Assembly (NCBI GenBank): GCA_021827745.1
Contig: JAKAUI010000045.1
Location: forward strand, 124,589 to 188,588
DNA: 64,000 nt
Reading direction: 5' to 3'
Origin: Bacillota bacterium
GTDB lineage: Bacteria; Bacillota; Sulfobacillia; JAJZYS01; JAJZLH01
Both the position numbers and the translations under genes were made by a program. Position 1 is the stretch's first letter; each line of letters begins with the position of its first letter. Positions 19,168-29,458 of this stretch are shown in pieces. A model generated the notes under the pieces. That model did not search any database and had not been told where the DNA came from. It saw only the letters and a list, made by a program, of their open reading frames with translations.

Positions 19168-19644
19168 CTAGCTCTGGCAATCCTGGCGCAAGATCAGACG
19201 GTGGGTGCGGCGGATGCCCAGGTATCCGATCCCGCCGTCTGCCTCCAGCGGCTTGACCTCGACCAGGCGAAAGCCGCGGATCTGCAGATGGCGAAGGGCG
19301 GTCACGTCCGCATTGGAGATGTCCACGATCAGCCCTGACCGCTCGGTGCGCTGAGCCAAATCGCCGGCGGCATCCAAGAGGGCGTCTGCCACCGGGCTCT
19401 CCCAGAGGTCGGGCTGCAGGTCGAAGCCGGCCAGCCCCAGGTCGTCCCCGACCAGCATCAAGGCCAAGAGGTAGGTGGCCCGCTGCTGGGTGGCGCGCAA
19501 CGTCGGCACGAGCCCTATCTCGCAGCTCGCCGACGACACCGTGACAATGGGGCGACCGCCGATCGCCTCCCAGACCTTGGCGGTCTCGGCGCCGGGCGGA
19601 CAGCGATCGACGGTCACTTGGGCGCTAGGCGCCGGCGCCTTCAT
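19168..19644 (-). CDS. Hypothetical protein (no recognisable family)
   Basis: 158-aa ORF between rex and cdaA. Its start overlaps the rex stop by 20 nt. Coding on composition only, no motif recognised. Confidence 0.4.
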   Translation of the reverse strand: MKAPAPSAQVTVDRCPPGAETAKVWEAIGGRPIVTVSSASCEIGLVPTLRATQQRATYLLALMLVGDDLGLAGFDLQPDLWESPVADALLDAAGDLAQRTERSGLIVDISNADVTALRHLQIRGFRLVEVKPLEADGGIGYLGIRRTHRLILRQDCQS

Positions 19645-20281
19645 CCGCCTTGCCCTCCCTCAGCTGTCCGTAGAAGGCCAGCGCCTGCAGCTCGGTGGCC
19701 AGATCCAGGTTGTTGACGAACACGTCCGGGTGCTGCAGCTTGACCGGCGCGAAGTTCAGCACCGCCCGCACGCCTCCTGCGACTAGGGCCGCAAAGACCT
19801 GAGCGGCCGCTGGCGCCGGCACCGTGATGGCGGCCAGCCTGATCTGCCGGCGCTGCACCTCTTCGGTGATGGCGTCTGCCGGCAGCACCGTGTAGCCCTC
19901 GACCGAGCCCATGGCCTTCTTCGGATCGCTGTCGAAGACCGGGCCAACGGCCAGGCCAGCGTGACGGCGCGAGAGATAGCGCAATAGGGCGGTGCCCAGT
20001 CTGCCCGCTCCGACCAGGGCCAGCTCCGGCTCGTCGGCGATGCCCAGGATCTGGCGGATCGAGGCGGCGAGGTGGCGCACGGAATACCCGATTCCGCGGC
20101 GGCCGAAGGCACCGAAGTAGGCCAGGTCCTTCCGAATCTGCTCAGAGGTGAAGCGGGTCAGGTCGGACAGCACCCGGGACGAGACCACGTCCTCGCCGCC
20201 GGCGGTCAGTTCTTCAAGTTCGCGCAGATACAGCGGCAGACGGCTGATGGTGGCGGCCGGGATGCGCCGCGTCGGCTTCAC
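19625..20281 (-). CDS. rex: Redox-sensing transcriptional repressor Rex
   Basis: N-terminal wHTH IPAATISRLPLYLRELEEL, SEQIRKDLAYFG, and a C-terminal NADH-binding Rossmann fold (LVGAGRLG). GTG start at 20281 overlaps the upstream stop (GTGA). Confidence 0.8.
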   Translation of the reverse strand: MKPTRRIPAATISRLPLYLRELEELTAGGEDVVSSRVLSDLTRFTSEQIRKDLAYFGAFGRRGIGYSVRHLAASIRQILGIADEPELALVGAGRLGTALLRYLSRRHAGLAVGPVFDSDPKKAMGSVEGYTVLPADAITEEVQRRQIRLAAITVPAPAAAQVFAALVAGGVRAVLNFAPVKLQHPDVFVNNLDLATELQALAFYGQLREGKADEGAGA

Positions 20282-21279
20282 GCCTCGCGCTCCACCACGT
20301 AAGAGGCCATCGACAAGAGGGCCTCTCTGGCCTCGGTCGGCGGCAGCACGTCGAGTGAGTCGACCGCCTCGCGCACCAGACGCTGCGCCACGTTCTGGGC
20401 GTAGGCGAACGAACCGGAGCGGCCGAGGATGGACTGCATCTCGACCCATTCGTCCTGGCCAGCGGCCCGGGCCTGGGCCAGCTTGGTCAGGCGGCTGCGC
20501 TCGGGCTCCTCAGAGTTCACAAGGCCGTGAATCAGGGGCAGGGTCAGCACCCCGGACCGCAGGTCGACGCCCACCACCTTGCCAAAGGCGACCGAGGTGG
20601 CGGTGAAGTCCAAGAGGTCGTCCACAATCTGAAAGCCTAGGCCCATGCTCCAGCCAAAGGTGTAGAGCACTCGCTGCTTCCACTCCTCGGCGCCGGCCAT
20701 CAGCGCTCCCAGCCGACAGCTCTCAGCCAAGAACAAGGCCGTCTTCTTGCCGATCCGCTCGAGATAGTCGGCCTCGGTCGGAAGCTCGCCATCCAGGGCC
20801 GCCACATTCTGCTGGATCTCGCCGTCACACATCTGGCGGACGACCGCCGACATGATCAAGGTGGCCTCCGGCTCGCGGGTCTCGGCCAGAAGGCCGAGTG
20901 CGCGGGCGAACAGATAGTCGCCGGCCAAGATCGCCACCCGACGGCTCCAGACGGTGTGCACGGTGGCCACGTTGCGGCGCACCATCGCCTCGTCCAGGAT
21001 GTCGTCGTGAATCAACGTGGCCATGTGGATCATCTCTGTGGCCGCCGCCACCTTCATGATCTGATCCGGATCGGCGCTGCGCCCAAAACGGGCTGCCAAG
21101 AACACGAGCGCCGGCCGGATGCGCTTTCCGCCGCCGGCCAGAAGGTGGCCGACCACCTCGCGCACGCCGGTGCGGGCCTGCTGCAAGTCATCCTGAAGAT
21201 AGGTCTCCAGCGCGTTCAGTTCCGGCCGGACCACCTGAAACAGATTGGGAAATTCCACCTTGACCATCCTCGGCTCCAA
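20278..21279 (-). CDS. Polyprenyl diphosphate synthase (IspB/HepT family)
   Basis: FARM LIHDDILD and SARM FQIVDDLLD aspartate-rich motifs. ~330 aa. Confidence 0.85.
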   Translation of the reverse strand: MEPRMVKVEFPNLFQVVRPELNALETYLQDDLQQARTGVREVVGHLLAGGGKRIRPALVFLAARFGRSADPDQIMKVAAATEMIHMATLIHDDILDEAMVRRNVATVHTVWSRRVAILAGDYLFARALGLLAETREPEATLIMSAVVRQMCDGEIQQNVAALDGELPTEADYLERIGKKTALFLAESCRLGALMAGAEEWKQRVLYTFGWSMGLGFQIVDDLLDFTATSVAFGKVVGVDLRSGVLTLPLIHGLVNSEEPERSRLTKLAQARAAGQDEWVEMQSILGRSGSFAYAQNVAQRLVREAVDSLDVLPPTEAREALLSMASYVVEREA

Positions 21280-21312
21280 CCATTGTCTGGGGCTGGCGGG
21301 CCATGCCTAAGC

Positions 21313-22236
21313 TTACCTGTTCTCGCCTTCCGGCTCCAGCCCTGCCGCCGCCATCAGTCGGCGCAGGCGGGCGGCGACCGCCGACTTGGTGATGCCGAGT
21401 GCGCCACCGAGTTCGACCAACGTGGCCTCAGGCTCGAGAAGCCGGGCTGCGCTGGCGGACTGGAGGGCAACCGGCAGCCCGTCCAGCCGGCCCTCGGCCT
21501 TCAGGATCGAGATCGCCAGCAGCTGGCGGGATGCCGCCCGAGCGGACTTTTGCAGATTGGCGGTCTCGGCGTTGACCAACCGGTTGACCTCTTCTTTGAG
21601 TTCTGAGATCGCCCAGGCGTCCTCGAAGGCAAAGAGCGCCCCGGTGCCGCCCACGGCCGCCAACAGCGCGATCACCTGCTGGCGGCTTTTCAGGTAGACC
21701 AAAAAGCGACCGCGGCGCTCAGTGCGGCGGGCGTCGACCCCCATCGCCGACAGCAGGTCTGCGGTCTCGGCCGCCAGTTGCGCCTGAGCGTACACGAACT
21801 CAAGATGCGGCTCCTTGTGCGGGTCATTGACCGATCCGGCCGCCAAGAGATAGCCGCGGGCAAGCGCCCGACGCCGGGCCGATGTGGCCGTGAGCTGAGC
21901 CGGCCTTGGCCCGAGCTCAAGCCCGAGGCCGAGCGCTCCCAGCCAGAGATCGCCCTGCTTCAGGTCCGGCAGATGAAGGGCGAATCGGCCATGGCGGCGG
22001 TTGGCCTGGCGCAGGAGGTCGGGTTTGGGCACCCCCTCCTGGCGTAGCAGCTGAACGGTCAGGCGAGCCACCGCCGGGTGGTCGAAGCAGGTGAGCAAGA
22101 TGGCGCCGTGCCGACCCTCCCTGACCATGGTCCCAGGCCGGAGCAGACCGGCCAGAAGCGCTTGGCGCACGCTGGCCCGCCGCGGTCTGGCCTGGGCCAG
22201 TTCCGATTTCAGGCGCCGGGTGAATGAATCTGCCAC
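21313..22236 (-). CDS. whiA: DNA-binding protein WhiA
   Basis: FTRRLKSELA N-terminus, LAGLIDADG-like core, C-terminal HTH. Downstream of yvcK. Start ambiguous: GTG 22236 or ATG 22305. Confidence 0.8.
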   Translation of the reverse strand: MADSFTRRLKSELAQARPRRASVRQALLAGLLRPGTMVREGRHGAILLTCFDHPAVARLTVQLLRQEGVPKPDLLRQANRRHGRFALHLPDLKQGDLWLGALGLGLELGPRPAQLTATSARRRALARGYLLAAGSVNDPHKEPHLEFVYAQAQLAAETADLLSAMGVDARRTERRGRFLVYLKSRQQVIALLAAVGGTGALFAFEDAWAISELKEEVNRLVNAETANLQKSARAASRQLLAISILKAEGRLDGLPVALQSASAARLLEPEATLVELGGALGITKSAVAARLRRLMAAAGLEPEGENR

Positions 22237-23486
22237 GGACCCGCTTCGCTGCGTCTCAGCCGTTCCGCCAGCGCCAAGAAATCCAGCCGGCGGCGCGGCT
22301 CCCACGCCTCGGAGGCATCGAGCACGATCTCCAAGACCGCTCTCGCCAGCTTGCCTGAGTCGTGGCGGGCCAGGGCTCCCGGCGCCAGAACGTCCCGCCG
22401 CCGGATCAGCTTTCCGCTCTCGGCCAGGCCAGCCGTGTCCGTGTCGACGGGCATGGCGCCGACGCTGGCGTAGCGGGCGAGGAGCCCCGGCTCAATCTCC
22501 CCCTGGTGCAGCACCACCCAGTGCACTGTCCCGGGGGCGTGCCGCTCGATCGCCTCCAGGTGCTGGCGCAAGCCCATGCCGGTGGTCTCGCCTGGCTGGG
22601 TCATCAGATTTTGGACATAGATCTTGGCGGCCCGGCTCTTGGCGATGGCGTCGGCGACGCCGGGCGCCAACAGCACCGGCAGGATGCTGGTCCAGAGGCT
22701 GCCCGGGGCGATCACGACAGCCTCGGCGGTGCGGATCGCCTCCACCACCGCCGGATCGACCTGGGGCACGGCCGGCTCCAGACGGACGTCTTCGATCGTG
22801 CGGCCATGACGGGTGATCTCGGATTCGCCCTTGATCCACTCTCCGTCCTCGGTCTTCGCCCACAGCACCACCGGTTCGGCGGTGGCCATCAGCACCCGGC
22901 CTTGCACGGCCAGAACCCGGCTCGAAGCCGTGATGGCTGCCTGGAAGTCCCCAGTGGTGCGCTCCATGGCGGTCAGAAAGAGGTTGCCGAAGGCATGGCC
23001 GGCCAGATCGCCGCCCTCTTCAAAGCGGTACTGGAACAATTTCTCCAAGAGCGGCTCCGCCTCCGACAGGGCGACCAGACAGTTTCGCACGTCGCCAGGG
23101 GGCTGGATGTTGAAGCCAGCCCTCAGCCGTCCGGTGGAGCCACCATCGTCTGCTGAGGCGACGATGGCGGTCAGCTGGGCCGTGTAGGACTTGAGGCCGC
23201 GCAGCAATACCGGCATGCCGGTGCCGCCGCCCAAGACGACGATCTTTGGTCCGCGCCTGAGGGCATGACCGGTGACCACGGCTGCCGCCAGCTCGTCCGG
23301 CGCATTGGGCGCCACCACCGCCACCACAGAGCGGATCAGCCGACGGACGCCGACCACGGCCAGTCCGATGCCAAGAGCCAGGACGACGACATCAAAGAGC
23401 GGTCCCAACCCGAACTGAAAGCCGCCGGCGGCGGATTCGACCAGTGGGACCAGGCCGAGCAGGGCGACCAAAAAGCCAAGCGCCAT
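22209..23486 (-). CDS. Gluconeogenesis factor YvcK/UPF0052 (CofD-like), with N-terminal TM extension if the first ATG is used
   Basis: KIVVLGGGTGMPVLLRGLK motif and CofD-like fold. The first ~90 aa are hydrophobic, so the true start is uncertain. Confidence 0.75.
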   Translation of the reverse strand: MALGFLVALLGLVPLVESAAGGFQFGLGPLFDVVVLALGIGLAVVGVRRLIRSVVAVVAPNAPDELAAAVVTGHALRRGPKIVVLGGGTGMPVLLRGLKSYTAQLTAIVASADDGGSTGRLRAGFNIQPPGDVRNCLVALSEAEPLLEKLFQYRFEEGGDLAGHAFGNLFLTAMERTTGDFQAAITASSRVLAVQGRVLMATAEPVVLWAKTEDGEWIKGESEITRHGRTIEDVRLEPAVPQVDPAVVEAIRTAEAVVIAPGSLWTSILPVLLAPGVADAIAKSRAAKIYVQNLMTQPGETTGMGLRQHLEAIERHAPGTVHWVVLHQGEIEPGLLARYASVGAMPVDTDTAGLAESGKLIRRRDVLAPGALARHDSGKLARAVLEIVLDASEAWEPRRRLDFLALAERLRRSEAGPWQIHSPGA

Positions 23487-23533
23487 CAGGCCAACCCAGC
23501 GCTTGAGCCTCAGCCCGGGGACCAGCCAAGAGG

Positions 23534-24418
23534 TTAGGTCTCGGACAATAACTCCTCCTTCTCCAGGTCGCGGTGGCTGACCGTGAGCGGACTGTACTCG
23601 GAGCCAAGCCGCGAGGCCAAATGCTCAGCCACCGCCACCGACCGGTGACGGCCGCCGGTGCATCCGATGGCCACGGTGAAGTCGCTGCGGCCGTCATCTT
23701 CGAGATGGCCCAGATAGTCGCGCACAAGCGCCTCGATCCGGCCGACCAGTCGCCTGGAGCTCTGGTCGTGGAGCACAAAGGACATCACCCTGGCGTCTGT
23801 CCCGGGCAGAGGCGCCAGATCGGGGTGGTAGTGCGGGTTGGGCAGACTGCGCACATCGAGCACCAGATCGGCCTCGGCCGGTGCCCCGTGCTTGAAGCCG
23901 AAGCTGATCAGGTGCACCGGCGGCAGACCGGAGGCGTCGGCCGCGTAGGCCTGGGCCAGGGTGCGGCGCAGCCGGTAGAGGGTGAGATTCGAGGTGTCGA
24001 GCACCAGCGTGGCCTGCTGGCGCACCGGCTCCAAGAGGGCCCGCTCCAGTGCGATGCCCTCGGCCACCGACCCCTGGGGCGACATCGGGTGGTGGCGCCG
24101 CGTCTCCTTGTAGCGCCGGATCAAGGTGGCGTCGTCGGCCTCCAGATAGAGCACGGCGCAGGTGACGTCCACGCCGGCCAGCACCCGCAGCGCCTCCTGG
24201 ATGCCGCCGAAGAAGCCCTCTTGCCGGGAGTCCACCACCAAGGCCGTGCCGCGCAGCCCGCCCTCCTTGGAGAGCAGCTCCACCAAGCCCGGGATCAGGG
24301 CCGGCGGGATGTTGTCCACGGCGAAAAACCCGAGATCCTCGAAGATGTGCAGCGCATTGGTCTTGCCCGCTCCGGACAGGCCGGTGACCAGCACCACCAG
24401 GCTCTTTCGGCCGGGCAT
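23534..24418 (-). CDS. rapZ: RNase adapter protein RapZ (YvcJ)
   Basis: Walker A VTGLSGAGKTNA at the N-terminus, ~290 aa. Conserved rapZ-yvcK-whiA order. Confidence 0.9.
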   Translation of the reverse strand: MPGRKSLVVLVTGLSGAGKTNALHIFEDLGFFAVDNIPPALIPGLVELLSKEGGLRGTALVVDSRQEGFFGGIQEALRVLAGVDVTCAVLYLEADDATLIRRYKETRRHHPMSPQGSVAEGIALERALLEPVRQQATLVLDTSNLTLYRLRRTLAQAYAADASGLPPVHLISFGFKHGAPAEADLVLDVRSLPNPHYHPDLAPLPGTDARVMSFVLHDQSSRRLVGRIEALVRDYLGHLEDDGRSDFTVAIGCTGGRHRSVAVAEHLASRLGSEYSPLTVSHRDLEKEELLSET

Positions 24419-24787
24419 CTAGAGTGCCTCGAACAGGCGACTGAGACCCCAGGCGATGAAGCCGACCAGCAGCGAGCCGACCAGGGCCGCCGTAAAGCCG
24501 GCCACCGCCAGCCCGGGCACCACGCTGAGCGCCAGCCAGAACAAGAGGGCGTTGATCACGACGGTAAAGAGGCCAAGCGTCAGGACCTGAAGGGGCAGGG
24601 TGAGCAGGACCAAGACCGGCTTGACGAGTCCGTTCAACACGCCGAGCAGGAGGGCCCCTTCGATCACCGGTCCATATCCGGCGGCCTGCACGCCGATGTG
24701 CAGGGCAGCCACGATCAGAAGCCCAATCGCCGCCGCCAGTGCCCGCAGCAAGAACGCGGCCAGCGGGCTCCTCCTAGCCTTGGACAC
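24419..24787 (-). CDS. Small membrane protein, phage-holin-4-like/YvlD-like (DUF360-type)
   Basis: 122 aa with four predicted TM helices, immediately upstream of rapZ. Confidence 0.5.
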   Translation of the reverse strand: MSKARRSPLAAFLLRALAAAIGLLIVAALHIGVQAAGYGPVIEGALLLGVLNGLVKPVLVLLTLPLQVLTLGLFTVVINALLFWLALSVVPGLAVAGFTAALVGSLLVGFIAWGLSRLFEAL

Positions 24788-26573
24788 CGTCTTTAGCCTC
24801 CTTCAGCAGCACCGCCAGCTTCGCCGGCAGCCCTGCCTGAATCAGGTCTTCGACGGAGGCCGCTTGAATCTTCCTCGGCGAGCCGAAGGTCTTGAGCAGC
24901 ATGCGCTTGCGCTTGGGGCCGATTCCGGCCACGGAGTCGAGCCACGAGCTCATCATCGCCCGGCTGCGCCGACTGCCGTGGGCGGTGTTGGCAAAGCGAT
25001 GGGCCTCGTCTCTGAGCTGCTGCAAGAGCTGCAGTCCGAGGTCGTGGCGGGCGAGGACGATCGGCTCCGGACTCTGTGGCAGGTACAGCCATTCCTCGCG
25101 TTTTGCGAGCCCAACCACCGCCACCTCCTGGTGCAGTGCCGCCAGGGTCTCGGCCACGGCCGCCACCTGGCCCTTGCCGCCGTCGATCAAGAGCAGATCC
25201 GGACGGTCGCGAAACGAGGTGTCCCGGCGGTCGTCGAGGCGCCCCATCCGGCGGCTGACCGCCTCCTGCAGCGAGGCGAAGTCGTCTGGGCCGGTGACCG
25301 TCCGGATCGAGAACTGCCGGTAGTGGGAGGGGCGGATCACGCCTTCTTCGGCAACGGTCATGGCCGCCACCGACAGAGTCCCCTGGGTGTTCGAAATGTC
25401 GTATGCCTCGATCCGCCGCGGCGGGACGGAAAGCGACAGAGCGTCTGCGATCTGAGCCAGGGCCGCCTCGGCCCGCTCGCTCGATCCTTCCTCCTGGCGC
25501 AGGCCTTCGGATGCGTTCTTGCCAGCCATCTGCACCATGCGCCGGCCGTCTCCGCGGCTGGGCACCGACACGCTGACCGGCCCCTGGCGCCGCTCACGCA
25601 CCCAGCTGCGCAGCTCTGCGATGCCCTCTGGCAGCTCGGACATCCACACCGTGCGGGCGGGGACCTCTTTGCCGTAGTGGGTGCGCATGGCGGCGGCCAA
25701 GACCACGGCCGGCTTCTCGGCCTCCGGAATCTGAAACGTGTACCGCTTTCGGCCGGTCATCTTGCCATGGCGGACGAGCAGCACGTCGACCACAGCCAGC
25801 TGGCGGCTGTGGGCCAGCGAGAAGACGTCCGCCTCACGCCCCTCGGCCACCACCACCGTCTGGCTGGCCGTAACCTCCTCCAGCGCCCGCAGCCGGTCCC
25901 GGGCCTGGGCGGCGGCCTCGTACCGAGTCTCTTGGGCGGCGGCGTTCATCTCCTGGCGGAGGGCCCGCATCACGTCCTCGTGCCGTCCCTCGAGCAGATT
26001 CGCCGCCTGGGTCACCGTCTGCTGATAGTCGTCTTTGCTGATCAATCCGACGCACGGAGCCGGGCAGCGCTTGATGTGGTAGAGCAGACAGGGGCGGTCC
26101 ACCGTCTTGAACTTCTGGTCGCTGCAGGTGCGCATCGGAAAGAGGCGGGCCATCAGGCGCAGGGTCTCGTGAACGGCACCGCCTCCCGGATAGGGTCCGA
26201 AGTAGCGGGCGCTGTCAGAGCGGCGCTGGCGGACGATCTCCAGCCGGGGGAACGGCTCGTCGGCCAGCCTGAGATAGGGATAGTGCTTGTCGTCCCTGAG
26301 CAGCACGTTGTACTTGGGCCGATGCTGCTTGATCAACGTCTCCTCGAGCAGCAGCGCCTCCGCCTCGGTGGCGGTCAGGATCACCTCGATCGACTCGGTC
26401 AGCCGGCGCAGGGCGGCGACCTTGGGCTCGCGCACCGGGCCTTGGAAGTAGGTGCGGACCCGGTCGCGCAGGCGCACGGCCTTACCGACGTAGAGCACCC
26501 GCTTGCCCTTGTCGCGCAAAAGATAGCAGCCGGGCTGGCGAGGCAGCTCCTGGGCCTGGGCCAGAAGGTTCAC
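24774..26573 (-). CDS. uvrC: Excinuclease ABC subunit C
   Basis: GIY-YIG (GCYLLRD...VLYVGKA), UvrBC-interaction region, RNase H-like and HhH domains. GTG start at 26573, just after the uvrA stop. Confidence 0.9.
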   Translation of the reverse strand: MNLLAQAQELPRQPGCYLLRDKGKRVLYVGKAVRLRDRVRTYFQGPVREPKVAALRRLTESIEVILTATEAEALLLEETLIKQHRPKYNVLLRDDKHYPYLRLADEPFPRLEIVRQRRSDSARYFGPYPGGGAVHETLRLMARLFPMRTCSDQKFKTVDRPCLLYHIKRCPAPCVGLISKDDYQQTVTQAANLLEGRHEDVMRALRQEMNAAAQETRYEAAAQARDRLRALEEVTASQTVVVAEGREADVFSLAHSRQLAVVDVLLVRHGKMTGRKRYTFQIPEAEKPAVVLAAAMRTHYGKEVPARTVWMSELPEGIAELRSWVRERRQGPVSVSVPSRGDGRRMVQMAGKNASEGLRQEEGSSERAEAALAQIADALSLSVPPRRIEAYDISNTQGTLSVAAMTVAEEGVIRPSHYRQFSIRTVTGPDDFASLQEAVSRRMGRLDDRRDTSFRDRPDLLLIDGGKGQVAAVAETLAALHQEVAVVGLAKREEWLYLPQSPEPIVLARHDLGLQLLQQLRDEAHRFANTAHGSRRSRAMMSSWLDSVAGIGPKRKRMLLKTFGSPRKIQAASVEDLIQAGLPAKLAVLLKEAKDGVQG

Positions 26574-26574
26574 C

Positions 26575-29406
26575 TCAACGGCCAGCCAGCGACCTCTGGT
26601 CGGCGAAGGACGCCGCCAGAAACTGGCCGGTGTAGGAGCGCGCCTGGCGGGCGAGGTCCTCCGGCGACCCCTCAGCCACCAGCTCACCGCCGCGCTCGCC
26701 GCCCTCTGGACCGAGGTCGATCAGCCAGTCGCAGGCCCTGATCACGTCTAGGTTGTGCTCGATCACGACCACCGTGGAGCCGCTGTCCACCAGCCGCTGC
26801 AGCACCTCGAGCAGGCGGCGGACGTCGTCCATGTGCAGACCGGTGGTCGGCTCGTCCAGGATGTAGAAGGTGCCGTCCACCGCCTTGCGCGAGAGCTCGG
26901 CGGCCAGCTTGACCCGCTGCGCCTCGCCACCGGAGAGGGTGGTGGCGCTTTGGCCAAGCGTGACGTAGCCGAGCCCCACCTCGGCCATCACCTTCAGCTT
27001 GCGGGCCAGCCGCGGATAGGGGGCGAAGAACTCGATCGCCTCGTCCACGGTGATGTCCAAGATGTCGGCGATCGTCTTCTTGTGCAGCGTGACCTCAAGC
27101 GTCTCCCGGTTGTAGCGCTGGCCCTTGCACACCTCGCACGGGACATAGACGTCGGGCAGAAAGTGCATCTCGATCTTGATGATGCCGTCGCCGCGACAGG
27201 CCTCGCAGCGGCCCCCGGGCACGTTGAAGGAAAAACGGCCCGGGCCGTAGCCACGGATCTTGGCCTCCGGCAGCTCGGCGAACAGGCTCCGGATCAGGTC
27301 GAACAGGCCGGTGTAGGTGGCCGGGTTGGACCTAGGCGTGCGCCCGATCGGGCTCTGGTCGATGTCGATCACTTTTTCCAGGAACTCGAGCCCCTCCACC
27401 GTCCGATGCTCGGCCGGCCTGAGGTGGGCCCGGTTCAGGTCGCGGGCCAGCGCCCGATACAGCACGTCATTGACCAGGCTGGACTTCCCGGAGCCGGACA
27501 CGCCGGTCACGCCGATCAAGAGCCCAAGCGGGAAGCGGACATCGATCTCCTTGAGATTGTGGGCGCGGGCCGATCGCACGGTGAGCGCCCGCGGCCCTGG
27601 TGGCCGCCGGCTGGCTGGAAGCGGCACCTGCACCCGACCGGACAGATAGCGGCCGGTCAGGGACGACGGATCGGCCATCACCTCTTCCGGAGAGCCGGCG
27701 CTGACCACGTGCCCGCCGTGGCGACCGGCGCCTGGTCCGATGTCGACGATGTAGTCGGCCGAACGCATCGTCTCTTCGTCGTGCTCGATCACGATCAGGG
27801 TGTTGCCCTGATCGCGCAGCTTCTTCAGGGTGTCGATCAGCCGTCGGTTGTCTCTGGGATGCAGCCCGATGCTGGGCTCGTCCAAGACGTAGATGACGCC
27901 GACCAGCCCGGCACCGATCTGGGTGGCGAGCCGAATGCGCTGGGCCTCGCCGCCGGACAGGCTCATCGCCGCCCGGTCCAGGGTCAGATACTCTAATCCG
28001 ACGTTGATCAAAAAGCCTAGCCGCTCGACCAAGGTCTTCTTGATCTCGCGGGCGATTGTCTCCTGGCGTTCAGTCATCCGAAGCTCGGTGACGAAGTCGA
28101 GCGCCTGCTGGATCGACATGGCAGACAAGGTGGCGATCGAGATGCCGCCCACGGTCACGGCCAGGCTCTCCGGGCGCAGGCGCTGGCCCTGACAGGCCGG
28201 GCAGGGCACCGGCGTCATGTAGGCCTCCATCTCGCGTCTCGCTTCCTCGCTCATCGCCTCCTTGTGGCGGCGTTGCACGTAGCTGGCGACCCCGCTGTAC
28301 GGAATGGCGCGTCGGCGGTGGCCGAAGTGGGAGTCGAAGTGGAAGGGGAAGACCTCCTTGGTGCCGTCGATCACCAGCTGGCGATCAGCCTCTGTCAGCT
28401 CCCGCCACGGCCGGTCGATCGGGATGGCAAAGTGCTCGGCGGCCTGGGTCAGATAAGCGCTGTAGTACTCGCTGCGCGCCCAGGGGGCGACGGCGCCGCC
28501 GAGCAGGCTGCGCCGCTCGTCCGGCACCACCAGCGCCGGGTCCACCTGCAGGTGGTAGCCGAGGCCGTCGCACCGGGTGCAGGCGCCATAGGGGTTGTTG
28601 AAGGAGAACATGCGCGGCGTCAGCTCTTCGAGGCTGATCCCGCACTCGACGCAGGCGAAGTTCTGGGAATAGGTGGTCTCCTCGCCATCGACCACCGCCA
28701 CCACAGCCAGGCCTGACGCCAGCTTCATCGCTGTCTCCAAGGAGTCGGCCAGCCGACTCGCCACATCCGGTGAGATGATGAGTCGGTCAATCACCGCCTC
28801 AACCGTGTGCTTCTTCTTCTTCTCGAGTTCCGGCGGATCGCTGAGATCGACCACCGCGCCGTCCACCCGGGCCCGGACGAATCCATCGCTGGCCAGCTCG
28901 GCGAACACCCGCTCGTGCTCGCCCTTTCGGCCGCGCACCATCGGGGCCAGCACCATGATCTTGGTCCCCTCGGCCAGAGCCAGCACCTGGTCGACCACCT
29001 GGTCGACCGTCTGGCGCTGAATCGGCCGGTGGCAGTTCGGACAGTGCGGGGCGCCGACCCGGGCGTAGAGCAGACGCAGAAAGTCGTGGATCTCGGTGAC
29101 CGTGCCGACGGTCGACCGCGGGTTGTGCGAGGTGGTCTTCTGGTCGATCGAGATCGCCGGCGACAGACCCTCGATGCTGTCCACATCCGGCTTGTCCATC
29201 CGCCCCAAAAACTGGCGGGCATATGCCGAGAGACTCTCCACATAGCGGCGCTGACCTTCGGCGTAGATGGTATCAAGCGCCAAAGACGACTTGCCGGACC
29301 CAGACAGCCCGGTCATCACCACGAGCTCGTTGCGTGGGATCTCCAGGTCGATGTTCTTTAGGTTGTGCTGGCGGGCGCCTCGGATGACGATCTTGTCGTT
29401 GGCCAC
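26575..29406 (-). CDS. uvrA: Excinuclease ABC subunit A
   Basis: Two ABC ATPase modules with Zn-finger insertions ([13 protein letters not shown]), 943 aa. Confidence 0.95.
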   Translation of the reverse strand: MANDKIVIRGARQHNLKNIDLEIPRNELVVMTGLSGSGKSSLALDTIYAEGQRRYVESLSAYARQFLGRMDKPDVDSIEGLSPAISIDQKTTSHNPRSTVGTVTEIHDFLRLLYARVGAPHCPNCHRPIQRQTVDQVVDQVLALAEGTKIMVLAPMVRGRKGEHERVFAELASDGFVRARVDGAVVDLSDPPELEKKKKHTVEAVIDRLIISPDVASRLADSLETAMKLASGLAVVAVVDGEETTYSQNFACVECGISLEELTPRMFSFNNPYGACTRCDGLGYHLQVDPALVVPDERRSLLGGAVAPWARSEYYSAYLTQAAEHFAIPIDRPWRELTEADRQLVIDGTKEVFPFHFDSHFGHRRRAIPYSGVASYVQRRHKEAMSEEARREMEAYMTPVPCPACQGQRLRPESLAVTVGGISIATLSAMSIQQALDFVTELRMTERQETIAREIKKTLVERLGFLINVGLEYLTLDRAAMSLSGGEAQRIRLATQIGAGLVGVIYVLDEPSIGLHPRDNRRLIDTLKKLRDQGNTLIVIEHDEETMRSADYIVDIGPGAGRHGGHVVSAGSPEEVMADPSSLTGRYLSGRVQVPLPASRRPPGPRALTVRSARAHNLKEIDVRFPLGLLIGVTGVSGSGKSSLVNDVLYRALARDLNRAHLRPAEHRTVEGLEFLEKVIDIDQSPIGRTPRSNPATYTGLFDLIRSLFAELPEAKIRGYGPGRFSFNVPGGRCEACRGDGIIKIEMHFLPDVYVPCEVCKGQRYNRETLEVTLHKKTIADILDITVDEAIEFFAPYPRLARKLKVMAEVGLGYVTLGQSATTLSGGEAQRVKLAAELSRKAVDGTFYILDEPTTGLHMDDVRRLLEVLQRLVDSGSTVVVIEHNLDVIRACDWLIDLGPEGGERGGELVAEGSPEDLARQARSYTGQFLAASFADQRSLAGR

Positions 29407-29458
29407 CTAACGCTACGTCCTTTCGCCGGGGTGTGGTGAGTGTAGCACGGGCGGCACC

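Noticed and set aside
18030-19256. 408-aa and 332-aa plus-strand ORFs antisense to cdaA/cdaR
   Set aside because: They are antisense to well-supported genes, with Arg/Pro/Gly-rich composition and no motifs.
24600-26741. 713-aa plus-strand ORF antisense to uvrC
   Set aside because: It is a spurious antisense ORF opposite a clearly conserved gene.
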